A stretch of DNA of 63,413 nt, counting the filler, from Choristocarpus tenellus KU-1152 (lineage: Eukaryota > Protista > Phaeophyceae), in the NCBI GenBank assembly GCA_964200185.2. It is 11 parts of 11 records of this genome, joined end to end, with 100 filler letters (N's around TTAATTAATTAA, not from the genome) between each part and the next. Parts side by side here need not be neighbours in the genome. Positions count along the whole stretch, not along the records: positions 40,310 to 42,903 come from CAXNAD020026443.1; positions 43,004 to 53,043 come from CAXNAD020003187.1; positions 53,144 to 63,413 come from CAXNAD020003026.1; 8 more parts are not named here. The stretch is one strand, 5' to 3'. Each line of letters starts with the position of its first letter. Positions within the stretch are counted from its first letter, which is position 1. Of the stretch, positions 40,719 to 54,184 are shown piece by piece. The notes under the pieces are model-generated. The model worked only from the letters and a program-made list of their open reading frames with translations, was not told the origin of the DNA and searched no databases. The translations under genes were made by a program, and so were the position numbers.

Positions 40719-41236
40719 CTTCATGACCACGGAGTGGGAAGCCAGCATGTTGGCAACCGGGCCGCTCGGAGACATGGCCACCAGGCGCGGCTTCACCCAG
40801 TCTGGGAATGAAGCCAGCGCTTCTCTATGTTGCTGAGTTGCAAACCGCATCAGAGAGGAGAGGAGAGGAGAAAAAAAAAAAAGAGATTGGGTTTGTGGGC
40901 AACTCGGGTCAGTGAAACGTCACTTCTTTTTTTTTTTGAAGGGGGGGAGGGCAGGCTGTCAAAGGGATTCTTTAGTATATACACATCAAGCTGATAAAGT
41001 TCATCTAAGGGATTCTTTAGTATAAAGGTTCTTTGATGCACCGTACAGAACACTTAGAATGGTTTTAAACATTGCCGAGGGTAAGGCCCAGATTTGTTCC
41101 CCCCCCCCGCCCTGCTTTCCCATTCTCCTCAGTTCATTCTCACCTGCATGAGCTCTTGCATGTCATCAGAGAGATCCTCGAAGGGCTTGAATGATGCGTG
41201 GGAGGCGGACGAGTGATCTCCCAAGGCATTCATGAC
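40719..41236 (-). CDS. Two exons (41236-41144, 40832-40719) of a hypothetical protein
   Basis: Phase-0 AG/GT-bounded open exons: VMNALGDH...MQELMQ|QHREALASFPDWVKPRL...VVMK. Family not recognised. Confidence 0.7.
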
Positions 41237-43003
41237 CTGCCCTCAGACAGAAGTACGTAACCAGAGGGGGGGGGGGGGGGTGGTTATCAACCAGGTATCA
41301 ACCCCCTCTCCAAATTTCTTTCTTTCCTTTATAATTAAAGCTGTTCCGTAGTGTTTATTAATATTAGTGTTTATTATTATTACTAACAACACTATTTGTA
41401 AGTACACCGCATCAGTGATTGTGGATAGGGTTAGGGTTAGTAGGTGGTACAGTATTCATTTTTTTTATGGTATATGTGTAACTACTTGTGTACCGTTCAC
41501 GGTAAATACATAGCGTCCTACCGCACTGTCGACTGTCCATTTCCGATTTCCAAGATGGCAAAAAATGAAAAAAAAATCCAGATTGGTTGGCAGCCAGACC
41601 CGCCTGCGCAAATGCTTCTGTTCTTTAAAGCAAAGTGGACTGCAACAGTAGTCTCAAAACCTGGTTTAAGTAGAAAGGATTGAAAAAAACAAAAACAAGA
41701 TATCACTACAAGATTTTAATTAAAAGTATCAATGCAAAGTACTCCTGTCTACCAGACCCACATCTACTCTTTCGAGGCCACTTCTCCCATGTTGGTCTGA
41801 TAGAACATTACAGGGCGGAGGCTGTACAGTTCATAGCAACAATTCCTAAAAAACTGCACGATGTTTTTTTCTCAAGACTCTGTTCAAATCTCCTCCCCTC
41901 CCCTCCTCTTTGCATTGCCCCGAAGAGTTTCACTTCAAAAAGTGTGAGAGGAGTGCGTTAGTTTCAGAACACTACACACCTGTTCCAGCGAAGCATACAC
42001 AACACCAGCATAAAAGACGCCCTGATACACAATACCTGATGCTCCAAGCAGAGGTACAATGGTAGCAGCAACTACACAACAAACACACTCGAAAGGACTC
42101 TCCATAGTAGCTATAGTGGCTTAACGTACACACGTACACGACAAACAGGCTTAACTTTAAAACATCGCCAATTGACGACCACACTACGAGTCCTACACAT
42201 CACCATGTCATATCCCATGATACACAACAGAACACTCAATAACGTCCCAAGGTTTTTCTAGTCCGCCAGCTAATGGAGGCCACAACTTGTGGCAATGACT
42301 CCATCTTGCCCTATACCATCAGTGCCCTCAAACAGAGCAGCCTCCACTACTGTACTGGGTGCTTTGCGATGTTACTGAGAAAAGAAAATCCATGGGGAAA
42401 TTACTGTCGGGTTGAGCTGATTCAATGCATGGTTTCTCTTGAGGGGTTCAACACGGAGAGTGTAGAGTAAGAAATACAGTAAGAAACACAGTAAGAAACA
42501 CAGTACAGAGAGACGTCAACAGATACATGCATGCCTATCGACACAGAGGTGTAGCAGACAAACCTCAAGAACAAGAAGTTTTATGATTGGTAGGGCAAGT
42601 GTTCTGTTTGCCAGAGGGAGACAGACAAGTGAGGGGTGCAGCGGCATGACGATTGGTTGTTGCTGGGCTGTTTAAGGCTCACAAATATCCGAGGACATAT
42701 CAAAAGCAAAATAAATGTCTTGGAACAATTACATTGTAATGCATGGCAAGTATTGGTATCTGTTTGCATTAGCTCTATGATTTATGATACTTGGAGCGCA
42801 ACAATGTATAATTGTAAACACTCCAATGGAAACAGTAGGGGGGGGGGGGGGGGGGGCAAAAAATGGGGGAGGGGGAGGGAAAGAAGGGGGGTGGAAAAAG
42901 AAGNNNNNNNNNNNNNNNNNNNNNNNNNNNNNNNNNNNNNNNNNNNNTTAATTAATTAANNNNNNNNNNNNNNNNNNNNNNNNNNNNNNNNNNNNNNNNN
43001 NNN

Positions 43004-43106
43004 GGGTTCCCCACGCGCGTATACTGCTCGCGCCAGTCAAAGCGCGGGAAGAAATACTCGCGCTACTCGCCTGTAACAGACCCACCACGCTGTGGATGGT
43101 GGGTAC
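43004..43106 (-). CDS. Probable exon cut by the gap (VPTIHSVVGLLQASS...)
   Basis: tttcag| acceptor followed by GC-rich open frame up to the gap. Confidence 0.5.
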
Positions 43107-43129
43107 CTGAAATGAGGACACAGGATCTA

Positions 43130-44250
43130 GTACACACACATGACTTCATCCGCTTCTGCAATGAGTTCATCACAACAGTGGATCCAGGAAGCTGATGCTG
43201 TCCATACATACAAGGAATTAATTGATACCGTGGAAAGGATGTCGGAAGGGGTCATCCTGGTGCTGGGTGCGCAAGTGTAGGCACGAATCTTTTATAAGAA
43301 CAAGGGAGAAATAAAAACGAGATAGCTAGTTGTAAATCTTTGAGTGTAGTGGATATCGAGTTAGCACTGGCCACTTGTCCTTGTTGCGGAAGTTCTCATA
43401 TATATTATCTGCAACTCCTCAGAGTGTATTGAATCTTAGTTCCCCACAGCAGCTGAGAGACGGGGGAGAGAGAGTTATCATGCACAGTGGGTAATTGGTC
43501 ATTCTTCTCCAACTCGAGGCCCCTACCATCAACTCACTGCACAAGATGCCTCAACTCCACTCCCAATAGTGGATGCCCAAGCATTAGAGGTAGTGGAGGT
43601 CATGAGTGGACTCTAAGAAGATGGTGAAGTTAGAGCATCCAAATCTGAGAATATAAATGGGTTAGTTGGGGTGGGAATGGAGGCGCTGGACGTCCCCATA
43701 CCCTGCCCTGGATTCCTATACTCCCCTAAGGACATAGGTGCATCTGCACTGAACTATCCACTGACCACCCTGATCCACAGAAGACAAAGCAAAGCGCCTC
43801 CCGCATAGTATGCGAATCCACGGCCGGAGGTTGAGCTGATCTAATCAACACTACACCAAATCGAAGAAATTCGACAACAACACACTCAATGCAGACAAGC
43901 TGTTGCGTATATCAAGTGTATCTATTACCGAGTACTGCATGAAGTTTAGTATTCCTTTTGCAATTGTAGACAAGTTGACGCAGGCAATAAGAGGGGTGTA
44001 CCGCTTCAGACATGCCATGGGTTGTGTCATCCTTAGCCATGAGGAGAGAAATATGTTTATATATGTCTAGTTTTGGGGCCATGTGCAACAGTTCCTTGTC
44101 TGCATTGAAGTATTGCATGAGGTACATACTCCATTCTTTAAAATATTGCGCAATGCAGGTAGAATATTGTCAATACATTATTCTGTGGGTTCCACGTTTC
44201 CAACAAATGGCAGCGGAAGATCGCAGCTAAGCCTGTAAGTATGCATCTCG
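43130..44250 (-). mobile_element. Decayed, internally deleted Copia pol remnant
   Basis: Pre-integrase-like ELLHMAPKL...C..C, then HTMREAL and RT-like GVELRHL in Copia order. Confidence 0.5.
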
Positions 44251-45677
44251 TTTACATTCTGTGAGAAAATTCTTTCTCCGAAATTTCGAAGGCTGATTTT
44301 GCCCCTTGGGACACCATGGGAGAGGGGGAGGGGGGGGTGATTGGTTTCGAATTTTGAGTCATTGGAGGCCCTTCCTTATTACCTTTACTATTTCATCTGC
44401 GTTGATGTACCACCAAAATACATACCAAGAACGAGGTGCCAAGGCTTCATGCCAGTGTCACGCAGAGTCGATTCCAGCACATCATTTCGGGGGAGGATGC
44501 AGGATAACGATTGGTGGAGGGATGGCTGAACCCAACCCGCGTGAAGAAAGACACAAACAAAGGGACAACATTATTTGGTCGTGGTGCTACAGTTAGATAA
44601 TTTAGAAAGAGAAGTATTATTAGTGCATAGTAGTAGTACAGTACCCCTGATGACTCTGATAATAGTCACCAGTCCAGAAACGAAGCTGTACCCCAATTTG
44701 TCAATATCAACAGTCACCTTGTATGCACATGGAGATAATGAGGTACAACAAGAATAGGGAGGTTATTATCACACCCTGCACCGCACGACGGCGAGCTGGA
44801 TGAGGCTATTATCACACCAAGCATCGCACGATCGCGAGATGCTCGATCTGTTCACTTCCCATAATGTTTCAAAGAGGCATCACTTACAGGTAATTTCCTC
44901 TCCTTGTATCCACGGCCAGACACAGGACAAGCCAGTATCCCTAGTTCACTTGGTTTGCATGTGTACCCTCGACAACCGATGTTCAATTACAGTTTGGTCC
45001 TGTTTGCTCCTCTTCGCACACAATGTTCCCACTACGATGAGGCCCCTCTCGAAGATCTGAAAGTGAGATTTTCTAGGCAATCGTCCTGACACATACTACT
45101 TTTGCACCCTACTTCCTGTATCTCAAAACGAAAAGTGAAACAAGTGTGGTTCAAAGTCTCTATGCGGTCGCTTGAGTGCGAGGAATTCTGATGCGGGGAA
45201 AACGTTGTGGAGGGAGGCGGGGGATTAAAACTTTATCCAGCGCAACCAGAGGGACCGAGATGGAGGGCGATCTGAGTTTCATTTGTTTTACTATATTCAT
45301 GTGTTGCTTCAGATGAGCTTGTGGTGATGTTTTTTATTCTTTCTTTCCCGCGTATCACTCACAATATCCTCCCTTGTGCTTCATCTTTCCACATCCTCGG
45401 GCAGTCATGCCAACTGTCCCTTTTCCCACCTACACACACAATATATATATATATATATATAGCGGAAATACATAATTGTTTCACTCACAGAATCATGTAA
45501 CCCACATCCTGATTGAATCAAGTGTAAAGTGCAATAGATTGTTCCCGCCCTCTGACCTATTCTTAAGGGATGCCATGCCCCTATTCTACTCATCAAGCAA
45601 CTCGTTGATTTATTTATAGGCAGGGTGCACATACCATCATGATATTCAATTTATATTAGTTACTGATGGCAGTACAT

Positions 45678-45865
45678 GAGTCAAACCAATTGAGAGGTAG
45701 ACAGGGCTGCACTTTAAAGATCTCGAGACAGAGAAAGAAGACTCCATTTTGTGTAACCGCGGAAATAGTCTTTGCTTAAGTTATTGTGGTATCACTTTGT
45801 GTGCGGAAGGAGGGAGTATATTTTTTTCGAACACTATTGTGCAGATTAGGCAATGGAATTATATG
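45678..45865 (+). mobile_element. MITE family D, left part
   Basis: gagtcaaaccaattgagaggtag plus interior matching 22789. Confidence 0.8.
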
Positions 45866-46131
45866 CTCCTCAAGAGTACGCAGTAGTGAAGAGTTCATTC
45901 ACAGTCTACTTTGTAGGAATCAACAATACGCAAGATTACTACCTGTAGATTGCATAATCACCAGCACTTCAAGACACAGTGTTGAGAAGAAAATAATTGA
46001 CTTTATGCTCTTCCCTTGTTGTTCCTTTCTTGCCAGCAATGACTGTGCTGTATTGCTTGTTGAATGATGCTGGTGCTGTATTGATCATGACGTTTTCATG
46101 AATTAAATACTTGTTGACTACCTCGTTTATG

Positions 46132-46640
46132 GAATTATTGTCAATTGAGAGGCTGGTGGGTTTTGGCCCTTTTTGTGTTCTAAGCCGGTGTTCTTACCCA
46201 GTCAGGTGCAATACACATTTTTTATTTATTGCTTTATGTGAACACATTTTTGTCTGCAAAATTGATATTCCCTATCCATACACACAAAATGTCACTGCAT
46301 TCAGTAGAGGTCCTTTCCGGAATTGTACAAAAATGTTTTTTTTGGCTGTTTCTTGGGATCCCTCAAAATGCATCCTTGCTTACCACTCAACTGCTTTGTG
46401 TCTACACCTGAAGCAATTGAGAGGTAGTCAAGGTTCCATTTTAAGGATCAAGAGAAATGATCAAAACACGCCTTTTTGTACGGTTTTTGTAGGAAGAGTG
46501 TCTCTACTGAATTGTGGTGTCAGGTTGTGTTTGGAAAGGGAATATCAATTTTGTGGACACTATTTTTGTGCACATAAAGTGATGAAATAGGGTGTAGTAT
46601 ACCAGCGTAAGAACAATGTCTTCGATGCCTCCCAATTTCT
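46132..46640. mobile_element. Two diverged MITE family D copies in opposite orientation (about 46132-46402 minus, about 46408-46640 plus)
   Basis: Both align to 22789-23047 (e.g. gaattgtggtgtc, tgaaatagggtgtagt); their left ends abut. Confidence 0.75.
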
Positions 46641-47032
46641 CACCATGCATCCACAAGTTTCAAGTACATTTGATCACGCAGTACTCTTTGAGTAGTACTA
46701 AATATTGTACTAAATTAGGTTAGTATGTAGAGTGCTTTCAAAATGGATAAGAAAAATCATGTGCAAAAGTTTTACCCTATGTAATATTATTTCAGTTAAG
46801 TGCTACATGGTACATAATAATATACAGACATATGTGCGAAATCTACTATGTTGTGTATTTTTACTGGATAACTACATGTGTACAATGCTCTACTAATCAT
46901 ACATGCTCCATACTAAAAATATTTAACAAAATAGATAGACATTTATTGCCAAACAGATTAAGTTTGATGTGAAAAAGATAGTACAACCTATAGTGTTACA
47001 CAGGCTGAGCATTCACCTAATAGCTGATCGTT

Positions 47033-47107
47033 AAAGAACTTGTTTCACTGATCTTAGTGTAAAAGAACTTGTTTCACTGATCTTAGTGTAAAAGAACTTG
47101 TTTCACT
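47033..47107. repeat. About 29-bp tandem repeat, about 2.6 copies
   Basis: aaagaacttgtttcactgatcttagtgta repeated. Confidence 0.9.
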
Positions 47108-47230
47108 TTCATTAAGATAGTGTGGCCAAGAATGTTTTTATTAGTTTGGTTATCCACATTTCCTCTAAGCCTCTAAGTTATAAACTGATTCATGATAATT
47201 CCTTATCAAATGGTAATTTAGATTTTCTTT

Positions 47231-47277
<47 letters not shown>

Positions 47278-49998
47278 CTTCTTAACATAAAACACCTACA
47301 TATGTTTGTTAGCAATTTTCATCACACTTGGAGTTATAGTGTTTAATTTACCAGAAAACTCAACTAATGTATCGTTGCACACTAAAGCCTCAAACTTCTT
47401 AGGAGCAGATTTGAACTTGTAACCGATATTTTTCTGGGTACAGAAATACCCTTTTGTTTTTCATCATTTATCCTCTCATACCGATGACCAATTGACGAAA
47501 TTGTGAAATTCTTGATTGAATTATTTTATTTTATTTTTCCCATCGTTTCTGAAAAGGCCACGATACATACATTAAAAGCATTGGCGCATTTCATTGATAA
47601 AGCAATCCTTGTTTTTATGGCTTAGTATCCATCTCCAAATAGTTACAATGCAGCAAGAAAATAGAAAATGGTTTGCCAAACTGCAACGACCATTTTCATC
47701 AATTATTGTACAATTCACGTGTGTATTTCTGTATGTACTACTTTTTTTTCTTCCAACAAGTAAGAGAAGTGAGAATTTCGTTGAGCGGAAGAGGTCTCTG
47801 GCATCATAACAATTTTTTCAAAGCGCTTAATTTTGCCACCATGACCCATCACACAGTCCTTTTGTTTCCTCCCAACTTATAACTCCCAGAAGCCCATTCT
47901 TGACACAGAAAGTGAAACAAAGCAACCCCCCCCCTCCTCCCCCCCAACAATCCTCATGACTTACATACACCATGGCATGGTCCAGGTTCAACACATACAG
48001 TAGTACTCCTTCTGGTGGTGATCCCCTCTACAATATGCCTCCACCTCTTAGTTCCATTAGCATGTCCCATGATGGCCCTGCCTTCCATCACCAGTCATGA
48101 AGAAATTAAAGTATAGAACTGACCTCTACAGCTACCTTCAGGCGGTAGGGCCATGATTTACCTTTGTGTATGCGCTAGACCCCTCTGTCGGAAGTCATTT
48201 CACTATTTCACTGAAGGGAGTCACTGGGCACTAAGCGAAACTGAAGATGGGCATAGATGACATAACTGTCTATGTAGCACATTTGAGTCACATACACTAT
48301 CGAACTGAATGCACCTATGCATACTGAGAAATATATTAAGCAGACAAAATGCATACATGTTCTTGTGTTCTAGTACAATCATGGATTGCAGCTGTTCAAT
48401 GGTAGAGGCAAGAATTAGAGACAGTTTAATTTCCTCTCCTTTTCAAACATCATTAATTACTAGGTTAATAATCTGCTTCGCACAGCATACACCAACAATC
48501 TGGGAACACCTAACACGTGAGAGAGAGATAGAGAGCACACAAATGTGGAACAAGGTATCACAGGCAAGAGGGTGCACACGGGGTGTGAAGGCTCTTGCTC
48601 AAAAGACAAACACGCATACATCAGAACATCACACCTGACTACACACACACACACATCATACAACTTCTTGTCCCGAGAGCGTAAGTCACACTGGTGCAAA
48701 TTAAAAGAGCCATTCACTTCAATTCTCCTGCACTACTAAAGCATGGAGAATCATGAAGCCAACCTTACTTCACTTAAAAATACCCCCCAGGCAAATGAAA
48801 AATAATCTACAAAATCCACCTTCCCATTCTTGCTCTTCAACAATAATGTCTTCGCCATGTACAATGTCTACCCCTATTACCATGCTGTAACATACCAAAT
48901 CTGCGCCTCTACTAATATACTCTGCAAGCCAAATTATGTTAGTGACACAGCCTACCTGTAAAACCCGCTTATCAACCACCAAAGGCTGACTGCGTTGAGT
49001 TCACACCTCCTCAGAGTGTCCCCGTAGTCACAACGAACACAAAATCTAGGCAGCAACCACCATTGTCAACTACCAACAATGGCAATGCAGCCCATGAACC
49101 ACAGGAGATGACTTCCTGCGAACAGAGAGAGTACTAATAGTGCTGATAGATTTTTTTTTTTCACATGCATCCACAAAAACCCCCAACCAGCATGTGCTTG
49201 CCATATCATCACAACACAAAACAAACAAATCCCGTGCCACCTCACCATTAAAACAAAAATATTCAGAAAGTTTCGAAAAGTGACTCGCCAGTTGAAGGCA
49301 ACGAAGAGGGAATCCATCCAACACCTATTTGCAGGAAGAAAAGATGTGTTTTGGGAAGAAGATCGGGAGCTATGACAACCTCTCTGAATGCAGGAGTGGA
49401 TCCAGACACAGTCACTCTTGAACATCACTGAGAAGTGTGTAAAAGGTGGTTAGTTCTTGGTAACCCTAACCTCAACTCGATCCAAAGTCACGTAACGTAG
49501 GCTGTCCCTGGTTTGTCGAAACTATCGATCAAATCAATGCCACTGAAATCCTGGCTCAGTAGAAGCCGTTGATGATCACTTGGCGACTGGTGCTTCGGAT
49601 CTGCACCACCTGGGGAGGCATATGCATACAGCATCAACAGGAGTGTTTTGTGACAAGCAGGTATCACATGATTGCTTTGGGTGGAATAACGCACACACCA
49701 GCATTATCACACCTCTTCTACAGTTTTCCGACTTAAGCACTGAAACAAAATTCCACAAATCATTTATAGATTTTTAGTACTTGGCAGGCATATTTTTCAC
49801 TATCATATCTGGGGTGAAAGGAAAGGGTCAACTCAAGCCACTATGCGTCGTAACGGCGTACTGATCACCAACCCCTGACTATCTGGTTGGCAGGATTTGC
49901 CATTTTTTTCTGAACATGTGGGCGTCGCTGATTTTTGGGGGTATATTTTTTTCCCTGGTGGCCTGCACACCTCTACCCTCCTGCCTCCCCCCCCCCCT

Positions 49999-52749
49999 TC
50001 AGATATCTCCTATCCTACCCTCTGCCTCAGCATGTTCTGCAGGCACCTCTTTACTTACCTCATGGGCAACCTGGTGCTTGACCCACAAGCCTCTGACCAC
50101 TCCATATCGTCGCTGGTCGAGGAAGAGGGGCCGACCTCGAAAATTACGGTGTCTTTCTCCATAGGAATCAACATATGGGGATGGGAAATAGGCAGCACGC
50201 TGGCCATGCAAGAGTAGAATCGAACATTCCTAACACAACAAGAAGGAAAAACAGCAGGGGGGGGCGGGGTGCGGGCAGAAAGAAATCTGAATGAATTACA
50301 TTGTACGTATAGCACTATGGATACATCTATTGAATATTCTTGAACAGCAGAAGTCTGACTCACCTGTACAGTAGTTAGAGGATATGATACTGCCTGTGAC
50401 CTGGTACAGTAATCATCAGGATTGCTGTGCTGCATTTTGTTTTTTGACCATCCAATGTTTGAATAATGAAGACAGCTACATGTTTTTGTTTGTATGAAAT
50501 ATATATACAAACATATGTAGCCCCTTTTCTTGCTGCACACTCTCTACACTTGAGGGAGGGAGGAGGGACACTATGGTCCTAGGGTATTAAAGATTTTTGA
50601 CAGGGTTCAAAATAGTCTTTGAGGCAAGGAGCTGAAATCATACTTTCATCATCATCATATGTGTGGGTGCATGGTGGAAGAGGGAGAGGCAGAATGATGC
50701 AGATATACAATGAAATGTTAACTCAGGGGTTGGGGGTGGACCTGGTGGTGAGCATGTAGGAGGAGACCAGGCGCGTTGTGACTAGACCAGTGCAATGGAA
50801 CCCATCCAAGATAGGGGTTGCTCACATGTATTTGACATCATGGTGGGCTCTGCTTCATACTACTCAGCACCCATCAGGACTCCTTACACTGTACCTGGTT
50901 TCGACTTGCTTCTGCCCTGATCAACCAAAAACCTTCAATCGTCATGCTATTCAATGTCAGACTGATTACAAAAACAACTACAACTGCCAACAGTATTCAA
51001 GTCATATCCCCCTCCCCACCCCCCAGGTCCCCCAGAGGCCTCCAGGCCCAATCTTGACCCCAGCCTCACCACACTTCCTGCCTGGCTCACCTGCAAAAGG
51101 AACACCACACCAACTCCACACCCACAGACCTCAGCATGGCGAGTGCAGTCTGCATTTCCACAAGCATCTAGCACATCCCCACACACTAGGCACACTGCTG
51201 GGCGGCTTGTGGTTGTCCGGGAGGTTACATCTGCATGGAGTTCAGTGTAGGCGTATGGAAGACGTACTAGGTCCACCTAGAGGGGTCCACAGTACAGAGC
51301 AACAAAAGAAAATCCGTGGAGTTGCACATTTGTACATGCACATAAATACACATAAACAGCAGATGGAGGAGGATACACACCGCGTTGAGTAAATCAGACA
51401 GAGAGAGACAAGCTCTGAGGGCAGCCTTGGCTGCCCTCAGAGCAGGTGCATATGAGTGGGACAGCCCAAGAGTGTGAGAGATAGAAAATAAAAGGTGTAG
51501 GTGTGTGGGTTGTCTCACCTCTTGAATGGACTGATGGGTGTTGAGTACAACTGACTGGATGGAATCCTTCACATGCCCAGTGCATTGCAACAGTCACGTA
51601 AGAGACACTGCAAACCATTCACCAAGCACCAGATACTATTCAATGCAGTATATATTGATTCAAAGTAACTGAAGCAACTGAGAGAGGTGCTACTGAGTTT
51701 TAAGGGTCCCCCTAACCCTACAGTAACACAAGTTTATTGGAGCACACAGTCCACACCTGTGGAGTGCTTTGTGGGTATATTTAGTTTGCATAAGAGCAAG
51801 TTTTCTTACCAACACCCTTGTTCAAATGACAGCGTCTACAATTAAAACGAAATTGGAAAAACCCCTCGATAAAACTCCAAACACCTCTAACGCCCTCCCC
51901 CCTCCCCTTTCAGATACTCTTGACTCTCCTCATCTTGTATTGCTCTTTTCCATTTTCTGCCACACCTTTTCCATTCATGGTCTGTACCACTTTACAATCT
52001 CTGGAACAGGCTTGAGAAGTTCAAACTACTATGAGTGTGCTGTATTTGAACAAATGGTCGCAAGGACTATTCTCAACGATGGACATTATGCACAAGGCTA
52101 TTTAGTGCTAGGAACTGATGTTTCAGGGTAAATCGAATCAGGCGTTTTTTACACAATGGGTGTTAGAGGCAGAATTCGGATGGTGTTCTAAGGCAAACAA
52201 GCACCAGTGTGAAGTACACCATGTCTTTGATGTGGAACTCTCCAAAGAACTGCATGGGAAGCAAGACATTTTCTCAACAATTTCTGATCCTCAAGTAACT
52301 TCATAACTTAAAGAAGGTATATCACATGCAACCAACAAGAGTAATGACAAGCGGAAAGTATACCTTTTGATGGTTACTGCTTCTCTCCCTCTGTTTGACA
52401 TTAGGAGAACGTACTTTGAACCTATTTACAGAACTCAACAGAAAGATCTGCACTAAGAGCCAGTGGGGGGTGAGAAGAAGAGTGCACCAAGAACATGACA
52501 ACAGCATACAAACACGCCTGCTAGCACTTAAAACTCCATTGAAAAAAGTATGTTAAAATTAATGTTGACTAGCTTAGTTATGTACTTGAACAGTTCAATA
52601 ATGTCAGCATCTCATTAAAACAGTCACACGCACATCCACCACGATACGCCTTCCTCACCTTTACAGGTACAGGGTGATCACACAACCGAGAGGAGATGAG
52701 GTTGTGGCTAGGCAATGCACCCCCAAGCAGCAATGCATGACGCAGCCAC
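49999..52749 (-). CDS. UBR/N-recognin (UBR1/PRT6-like) E3 ubiquitin ligase, last three exons 52749-52659, 51276-51091, 50229-49999
   Basis: LVRLPYAYTEL...PAVCLVCG...CTRHAEVCGCGVGVVFLLQ|ECSILLLHGQRAAYFPSPYVDSYGE...RGRPLFLDQRRY is the conserved UBR C-terminal domain. Splice phases consistent. Confidence 0.92.
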
Positions 52750-53518
52750 CTACATATACACAGACATGGCAATAAAAATAGGGTTTTGTATTATTAGTAG
52801 AGCGTTTCGACAGGTGCGTATGTTTGCTTTGCACTACATATATACAGTCCCTTTTGAGAACAATTTGCTAAGGGTTAACCAAGGGGGTAGGTGGTCTGAT
52901 ATTCAGTGGAGTATACAAGTCTAACATTGACAGGGTGGTATCTCACAAGAACACAATCTTTGTATTTTGTCTACCATGTGATCCCTCCTGTCATAGACGC
53001 TATAATATATATACATCTCTCTTAGGGTCAAAGTATCTGGGAGNNNNNNNNNNNNNNNNNNNNNNNNNNNNNNNNNNNNNNNNNNNNTTAATTAATTAAN
53101 NNNNNNNNNNNNNNNNNNNNNNNNNNNNNNNNNNNNNNNNNNNCCCCCCCCCCCCCCCCCCAAGATACTTTGGGTCTAGAGGGAGCAATATCTCTGGCCA
53201 AACATCTGAATGGCATATTCTCAATGCGACCATTTTCTTTTTGCTGCTACTCTACTGGAAACGTTGTTAGGGTTGAGGGAGGTACCATGTATCAAGACAG
53301 TACAGCACACTGTCCTGGACGAATCTGTCCAGATTCCTCACTGATTGGTCATTGCTGCGTCAACACATTGCATTGCAGGGTGCACTAACATTCATGAAAA
53401 AGAAATCTGGACTTTTGAAGTGCTAGACAGTGCAAATTATATAATCCTTGCATTATCTTGTTGGAAGAACACAGCACAAACCATTTAGTGCTCTAAATAG
53501 TAGTGGCCCTGTACGCAC

Positions 53519-53850
53519 CTGTCAAGATCTCTAATGTGTAGAATTTCTGGGTTCACCCCATGCTTGAGACATGATTCTGCAGAACGTGGTGTGAGGACAA
53601 CCCTGGCTGGTGGTGGATTGATTCCTGCTATCTGCATGATATCAGTTGTGAAGGTGCTGAACTAGGAATTTATGTCTGTTCGAATTTCGTACTAAAGCTA
53701 GATTTTTCAAGTGTTGTCCACACCAGAGAAACAAGGGAGAGCGAAATGAATAGCTCAAGAATAGATGCTAAAGAACCTGACCATGTTCATGAGAGACAGA
53801 TTGGTATGAGTTCGAAAGAGACGTGAAAACGTAGGAAACATACCAGACAT
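53519..53850 (-). CDS. First two exons (53850-53844, 53624-53519) of a hypothetical protein
   Basis: ATGTCTG|gtatgt ... tagcag|GAATC gives MSGINPPPARVVLTPRSAESCLKHGVNPEILHIRDLD|gtgcgt. The PRSxExCxxxGxxPxxL motif is one I recall from protist coiled-coil proteins. Confidence 0.7.
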
Positions 53851-54184
53851 TATCTCAGAGGATCATATATATATGCGTAATATATTTCATCAAAGACTAG
53901 TTTAAAGGCTGGGAAATGATCTGGCTTTTTTTATTTCTACGTAAAGACACTCACTATCCAGTACTACTCCAGGAGCATATATTTTTGTCCTAAAATGTAT
54001 TTGTGTTGTGGTAGCTTTCCATCATTGAGATTGAAGAGGGTATAACAGACATTTAACGGATAGTCTTAGTCATGTATGGGCGGTGATATTGTATTCCTGT
54101 AGAAATAGATGGACTAAATGGTACAGAAGACTCCTTGCTGGGTTTTGGATTTTATGCTATCACATGATCCTACCTCCCTAAACT

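Noticed and set aside
40719-43106. Assigning these exons to PPP4R1
   Set aside because: They lack the expected WGVRKAC HEAT repeat and lie across linkers.
48780-49450. Possible Gypsy RT remnant on the plus strand
   Set aside because: Only one weak motif (STFPFLLFNNNVFAM); not enough support.
49897-50217. Plus-strand ORF or exon after ccccttcag
   Set aside because: Antisense shadow of the UBR terminal exon.
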